This document shows positions 59,020 to 64,000 of a stretch of DNA of 64,000 bases, one piece after another. Source of the DNA: Desulfatiglandales bacterium. GTDB lineage: Bacteria; Desulfobacterota; DSM-4660; Desulfatiglandales; HGW-15. A program made the translations under genes and the position numbers. Every line of letters starts with the position of its first letter. The stretch's first letter is position 1. Below the pieces are notes generated by a model. That model was not told the DNA's origin. It ran no database searches and saw nothing but the letters and a program-made list of their open reading frames with translations. Location of the stretch: the NCBI GenBank assembly GCA_963667015.2, contig CAXXJJ010000004.1, positions 864,001-928,000 of the forward strand. Reading direction: 5' to 3'.

Positions 59020-60711
59020 TTATACCTTATACTTTCCAAACATCTCATTCATATTATTAGCCAGGTTTTTTAATTTATTAGCGTTATTATTGACATTTGA
59101 ACTCCTGTTAAATATTTCATCGGCTGTTGAGCTTATGGAATCAAGACCTTTTGAAACGTCATTTAAAACGCTGGAGCTGTCTTCAATATTATTCGAAACC
59201 TCTCCTATTCCCCTGGCTACCTGTGTGATACTGTCTGAGATTTCCCTGGTGGTTTCTGCCTGTTCATCTGCCGCGGCAGCAACATTTGATACCACACTAT
59301 TAACATCATTAATAACCTTCAGGACATTATTGATCTCTTCTATTGTCAATCCTGTTGATTTCTGGATACTTTCAATGCTTGTTTTTATTTCCCGGGTTGC
59401 GGCCGCTGTCTGCCTAGCAAGATCCTTAACTTCATTGGCTACAACAGCAAAACCCTTTCCGGCTTCACCTGCCCTGGCCGCCTCGATCGTTGCATTAAGA
59501 GCCAGGAGATTTGTCTGTTCGGAAATTTCAGCAATGGTTTCGGTTATCTTGTTAATGTCCTTTGCGGCTTCTCCAAGGTTTCGAACCCTTTCGGATGAGT
59601 TTTGGGCCTGACGAACCGCTTCAGTACTTATATCATTGGCTCTCACCGTGTTTTGAGCAATTTCTTTAATCGTGGAAGACATCTCTTCCGTGGAACTGGC
59701 TATGGTATTAACACTTTCAGAAGTCCCTTTTACTGCAATGGCCACAGTAGAGATGTGTTCATTAACCTCTTTGGTTGATGAGGTTACCTGACTCAGGCTT
59801 GCAGCCATTTCTTCCACACCCTTTGACATATCATTGGATATTCCTGCAAGATCAACAGAGGAATCAGTCAGTGTAGCAACATCTCCCCTGACACTCTTAA
59901 ACATGCCCTGCAGTTTCCCGACAAAAAGGTTGAATGCCTCTGACAGTGCCCCGATTATATCTTTGCTTGCTTTAAAATTAAGGCGTTTTGTCAGGTCTCC
60001 TTCCCCTTCAGCCATATCCCTGAGCATACCAAGTGTATTCTCAAGCGGCCTGATTACCAGGCTTGATATGAGATAAGATATTGCAATTCCCAGAATAGAT
60101 AAAATACAGACCAGTAAAACAAGACTGTTAATAATTGTCGATTTCCGCATCGAGGATACTGTAGAAGCTGCCTGGGCCTCGGCATCATTTAGTGCCGCCT
60201 TTGAAAACCTTAGACTTGTAACTCCTCCGCTTTCTCCAGCTTTCCAGGAGGTGTGGCATCGCACACAATCACCGTTAACCGGCTGCTTCCTGAATACATG
60301 AATCGCATCATCCTCCCACAGGATGCAGACACCCTTATTTTCCTCAAGCTGTTTATCATAACTCTCCGGCATTTTTTTACCGATAAAAGAATTATCTGTT
60401 GAATGTGTTACGACCCCGTCTCTGTTATAAAGAGAGAACTCCAGCAGACCATTTATTCCTTTTTGGGCCTCAAGTGTTTTTGTAAATTTCAGCATCTCTC
60501 CGCGTTCAAGTGACCCAGCCACAGCCCTTTCGACAGAGTTATGAATATTGCTGACAAATCGTTCCTCTCGGTCTTTTAAGATCTTAATATTTTCATTGGA
60601 GAACCCGGAAATATGTTTTTTTATTATATTCAACTGTATGAGCTGACCAATGCCTATTACAAGGGTCATCACAGCAAGTAATGTAAGCACAACCTTGGTA
60701 TGCAGTTTCAT
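59020..60711 (-). CDS. Methyl-accepting chemotaxis protein with a periplasmic c-type heme motif
   Basis: Two TM segments, [36 protein letters not shown]. Confidence 0.95.
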   Translation of the reverse strand: MKLHTKVVLTLLAVMTLVIGIGQLIQLNIIKKHISGFSNENIKILKDREERFVSNIHNSVERAVAGSLERGEMLKFTKTLEAQKGINGLLEFSLYNRDGVVTHSTDNSFIGKKMPESYDKQLEENKGVCILWEDDAIHVFRKQPVNGDCVRCHTSWKAGESGGVTSLRFSKAALNDAEAQAASTVSSMRKSTIINSLVLLVCILSILGIAISYLISSLVIRPLENTLGMLRDMAEGEGDLTKRLNFKASKDIIGALSEAFNLFVGKLQGMFKSVRGDVATLTDSSVDLAGISNDMSKGVEEMAASLSQVTSSTKEVNEHISTVAIAVKGTSESVNTIASSTEEMSSTIKEIAQNTVRANDISTEAVRQAQNSSERVRNLGEAAKDINKITETIAEISEQTNLLALNATIEAARAGEAGKGFAVVANEVKDLARQTAAATREIKTSIESIQKSTGLTIEEINNVLKVINDVNSVVSNVAAAADEQAETTREISDSITQVARGIGEVSNNIEDSSSVLNDVSKGLDSISSTADEIFNRSSNVNNNANKLKNLANNMNEMFGKYKV

Positions 60712-60712
60712 T

Positions 60713-61636
60713 TCAGTCCTCCTTGATGCCTAACTTTTCATTTTTGCGATAAAACGGGAATGAGGCCTTCAGAGCGAATTCTTCGGATGCACAGCCAATG
60801 CATGGTCCTCCGGCAGGAATGCAGGAGTTTATCCGTGAGTTCCAGTACCTGAGAGTGCAGTCTGCATGCGTGTTTGTGCCGACACAGCCAAGTTTGAAAA
60901 GACAACCGTCATCGGAAAAGGATTTCGCAAAATTTTCCCTTTCGTATTCGGGAAAACGCGGACACTGGTCATGTATAAGCTTTGAGTAGAACATTTTAGG
61001 CCTTCCTTTGCCGTCAAGAGGCGGGATGCCGAATTTTAACAGGTAAGCAAGAGTCCCGACAAGCCAGTCAGGATGGACGGGACAACCCGGAAGTGCTATC
61101 ACAGGTTTATTGATATTTTCTTTCTTGATAAATTGCGGGACACTGACTGCCCCTGTAGGATTATTTTCTGCCGCAGGAATACCTCCGAAGGCCGCGCATG
61201 TACCTACTGCGGCTATTGCGGTGGCGTTTTCCGATGCCTTTTTTACGAGATCAACAATAGATTCATGGCCCATCATACATGCCTCGGGCATACCCGCGGA
61301 AATACTCCCTTCAACTACCAGCAGGTACCCGCCCTTTTCAATACTCTTTTTTACAACATCCATTGCAACATGGCCTGTTGCAGTAGACAGGGTCTGGTGA
61401 AATAAGAGAGACATATATTCAGTAATAAGGCTTACAGGACCCGGATCTTCGGAATTAAGAAGTGACACGGAACAGCCTGAACAGCTTTGTCCCTGCAGCC
61501 ACAGTACCGGTTTTGTATTACCTGCAAGTTGTTCAAGCGCCTGTGCCAGGCCCGGAACTGTAGTAGAACCAAGCCCCATCAAGGCCGCAAACTTACCGCC
61601 CAGCGCCAAAAATTCTCTTCGATTAAAATTACGCAT
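60713..61636 (-). CDS. [NiFe] hydrogenase small subunit, Tat-exported
   Basis: NRREFL signal; CSGC, PGCP, HDQCPR, GPCIGC. Confidence 0.95.
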   Translation of the reverse strand: MRNFNRREFLALGGKFAALMGLGSTTVPGLAQALEQLAGNTKPVLWLQGQSCSGCSVSLLNSEDPGPVSLITEYMSLLFHQTLSTATGHVAMDVVKKSIEKGGYLLVVEGSISAGMPEACMMGHESIVDLVKKASENATAIAAVGTCAAFGGIPAAENNPTGAVSVPQFIKKENINKPVIALPGCPVHPDWLVGTLAYLLKFGIPPLDGKGRPKMFYSKLIHDQCPRFPEYERENFAKSFSDDGCLFKLGCVGTNTHADCTLRYWNSRINSCIPAGGPCIGCASEEFALKASFPFYRKNEKLGIKED

Positions 61637-61648
61637 AAAATGCTCCTT

Positions 61649-63163
61649 TTAATGCACCGCACAGGCTATGCACGGGTCAAAGGATCTGACAACCCTTGTA
61701 GCCTCAATCGGGTTTTTGTGGTCTTTAATCTCCGTGCCGATAAGAGCCTGTTCAACCGGGCCCGGAATATCCCTGTCATCACGTGGAGAACAGTTCCAGG
61801 TAGTCGGAACAACACACTGATAATTTTCTATTTTATGCCCCTTTATATTTATCCAGTGACCAAGTGCGCCCCTTGGCGCTTCGGTTAACCCAACACCCCT
61901 TCCTGATTCCGGGATTTCAAAATCGGTAAATGAAGGTTTGTCAGGTATAAGCTGTTCAATCCATTGTGCGCACCTGTCTGCAATTATTTTTGCCTCAAGT
62001 GCCCTTGCAGCATGCCTTCCCATTGTGGATATCAATGCGTCAGGACCGGCGTCAAACTTTTTAAGAAGATTATCTATAAGGGTATTGAGATCTTTATTAT
62101 TTTTTCTATTGTAGGCGACAAGCATCCTGGCAAGGGGCCCTACCTCCATGACCTCTCTGTTATAGCGAGGTGCCTTAAGCCAGGTATATGCATTTTTCTT
62201 CCCGGGGAATGGAACAGTGGCTCCATTCTGGGGTTTAAGTCCCGAAGGATTGGAGTAGAGTGAATATTTTACATCCTCATAAATCAAGTCAGGATTGCAT
62301 TCTGAAAGTTTGCCCTGAGTCAAAACTCCCGAAGGGAAACAGGTATCCTGAGATTTATTCGATTCAGGAAACACCCCATAGGCAAGGAAGTTTCCGCATC
62401 CTTTGCCCGTGGAAAAATAGTCCGGAAAGCTGGACGCCACCTCAATAACATCAGGGATATATGCATTTTCAATAAAGACAGACAGTTTCTTTAATATATC
62501 CCTGCAGGTGGCAATTTTTCTGGCGGTTATTTTTTCCGTGACTCCTCCAGGAACCAGGGTTGTGGAATGGGGAAGCTTGGCGCCGAAAACAGCGCCCATT
62601 TTATGAGCCATGGCTCTCATTTCAATCGCCTCCAGGTAATGCTTTATGGCCAGTATGTTCAGCTCATTATTTTCTATATAGGTGCTGTCGAACCTGGGCA
62701 GAAATGGTGCTGCCGGAAAAATGGTCTTTGAGGAAATCTGCGACTCGACCCATGCCTTAAGGGCCTTGAGCATCGGGTCATTGCCTCTATAGGATGTAAC
62801 TGCTGCTATGTCCACAAAGTCGAGCGCTGAGAGCTGATAAAAATGGATTAGGTGTGACTGTATATAGTTTGCGGCAAGTATTATATTGCGGGCCAGTCTG
62901 CCGTTTTCAGGGGGTCTTATTCCATAGGCCATATCCTGGGCAAGTATGGAGGCAGTACCGTGGGAGATCGGACATACACCGCATATTCTCTGTGTAATCT
63001 GCTGTGCATCAAGGGGGTCACGCCCCTTTAGTATTATTTCAAAACCCCTGAACATTTCACCGGAACTGCGGGCATAAATCACCCTGCCGTCCTCTACCTT
63101 AATGTTGATTGCCAGATGTCCTTCTATTCGGGTTATTGGATCTATATCTATTGTTTTGGACAT
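61649..63163 (-). CDS. [NiFe] hydrogenase large subunit
   Basis: DPITRIEGH, RICGVC, DPCIACAVH followed directly by a stop. Confidence 0.96.
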   Translation of the reverse strand: MSKTIDIDPITRIEGHLAINIKVEDGRVIYARSSGEMFRGFEIILKGRDPLDAQQITQRICGVCPISHGTASILAQDMAYGIRPPENGRLARNIILAANYIQSHLIHFYQLSALDFVDIAAVTSYRGNDPMLKALKAWVESQISSKTIFPAAPFLPRFDSTYIENNELNILAIKHYLEAIEMRAMAHKMGAVFGAKLPHSTTLVPGGVTEKITARKIATCRDILKKLSVFIENAYIPDVIEVASSFPDYFSTGKGCGNFLAYGVFPESNKSQDTCFPSGVLTQGKLSECNPDLIYEDVKYSLYSNPSGLKPQNGATVPFPGKKNAYTWLKAPRYNREVMEVGPLARMLVAYNRKNNKDLNTLIDNLLKKFDAGPDALISTMGRHAARALEAKIIADRCAQWIEQLIPDKPSFTDFEIPESGRGVGLTEAPRGALGHWINIKGHKIENYQCVVPTTWNCSPRDDRDIPGPVEQALIGTEIKDHKNPIEATRVVRSFDPCIACAVH

Positions 63164-63667
63164 GTAGATGCTCCGCTATATTTTTAAACTGTATCTAGAG
63201 TGTCTAAAGGGAGGATAATGTTTTTTATGGAAAAAAAAACAGGGGCACCCATCCTCCCCTGAGCCTGAATAGTCCTGCTCAAAATAAAAATAATATTCTT
63301 GTTAGGTCAATGCAATTTATGTACCTATGTTGCCCGATAGTATAAGAAAATACTTTATTTACAGGAATACAGTCCCAATTTATTTTTTAAGGCCCATCTA
63401 TTTGATAACAAGGCATTTTCTTGTCTCAGTTTCAATGTTTATGGAAATTAATTTATTGAAGGTATATTTAATTAGGAGAGAATGACTTGACTTTATTATT
63501 GAGATGGATTTTTGAATAAAATAAACTTAAATTTTTGACGCTCATGTCAAATTTTATACAAGGGTACCAGGTCTTCATTCCTGACATAAACCTGTATATA
63601 CTTTTGTTTATGATCAGCAAAAAATGAAGACCTGCCCCTTTCAGTTTTTCTCCTCTGATTTTTGGTG

Positions 63668-64000
63668 CTACTGTCCGCTGTTTTCCCCGGCCTGTTCCCT
63701 GCGCCATTTATAGTAGGCATCATAAGCCTTCAGTTTTTCCAGGTTCGGAATCGGTTTTGCGACAGCCGTATTATCAAAATAGAGTACCTTCTGATTCTCC
63801 TCGGTAAAGTTGGGCCATTCCGGCAGATCGGGTCCGTTCGGATCTCCGGTTCTGGCAAAATTGATCCAGTATGCCTGAATCATATCGGAAAGTGCCAGAT
63901 CTTCCGGTCGGGGTTCGCCGCCCTGCCTTCCCATATTCCCGAAGACATATGAAACCTCGTCCGCATGATTTGCTCCATCCGGAGATCTCGGAGTCCGATG
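63668..64000 (-). CDS. Type-B carboxylesterase, C-terminal part (runs off the window)
   Basis: GANHADEVSYVFG and YWINFARTGDPN. Confidence 0.85.
   Translation of the reverse strand, partial: HRTPRSPDGANHADEVSYVFGNMGRQGGEPRPEDLALSDMIQAYWINFARTGDPNGPDLPEWPNFTEENQKVLYFDNTAVAKPIPNLEKLKAYDAYYKWRREQAGENSGQ

Noticed and set aside
59090..59611. 173-aa plus-strand ORF
   Set aside because: Antisense shadow of the MCP signalling domain.

Overview
The window has two parts. Positions 1-36196 are the right-hand part of a temperate, short-tailed (podovirus-type) prophage. It contains a lambdoid cI/cro switch, a phage tRNA(CAT), replication, terminase, portal, capsid, tail-tube, ejection and lysis genes, and ends at a duplicated 3' fragment of tRNA-Sec (attR). 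The rest is host chromosome that looks like an anaerobic Deltaproteobacterium/Desulfobacterota (inference from gene content): an HsdR_N-like gene, a ~1983-aa beta-helix surface protein split by an ISAzo13 element, a C25-peptidase-like surface protein, AprA-like flavoproteins plus a ferredoxin, MATE, AOR, and a [NiFe]-hydrogenase/heme-MCP cluster. The most striking signal is inside the 2688-aa ejection (polyvalent) gene. Its enzyme modules (zeta-toxin-like kinase, PRTase) are separated by recurring LYQ linkers, and small +1-frame ORFs are nested at the module ends. One of them has a perfect TTGACA-17-TATAAT promoter and an SD written into the host codons, which suggests hidden antitoxin/immunity genes. 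All product calls come from motif recognition by eye, not database searches.
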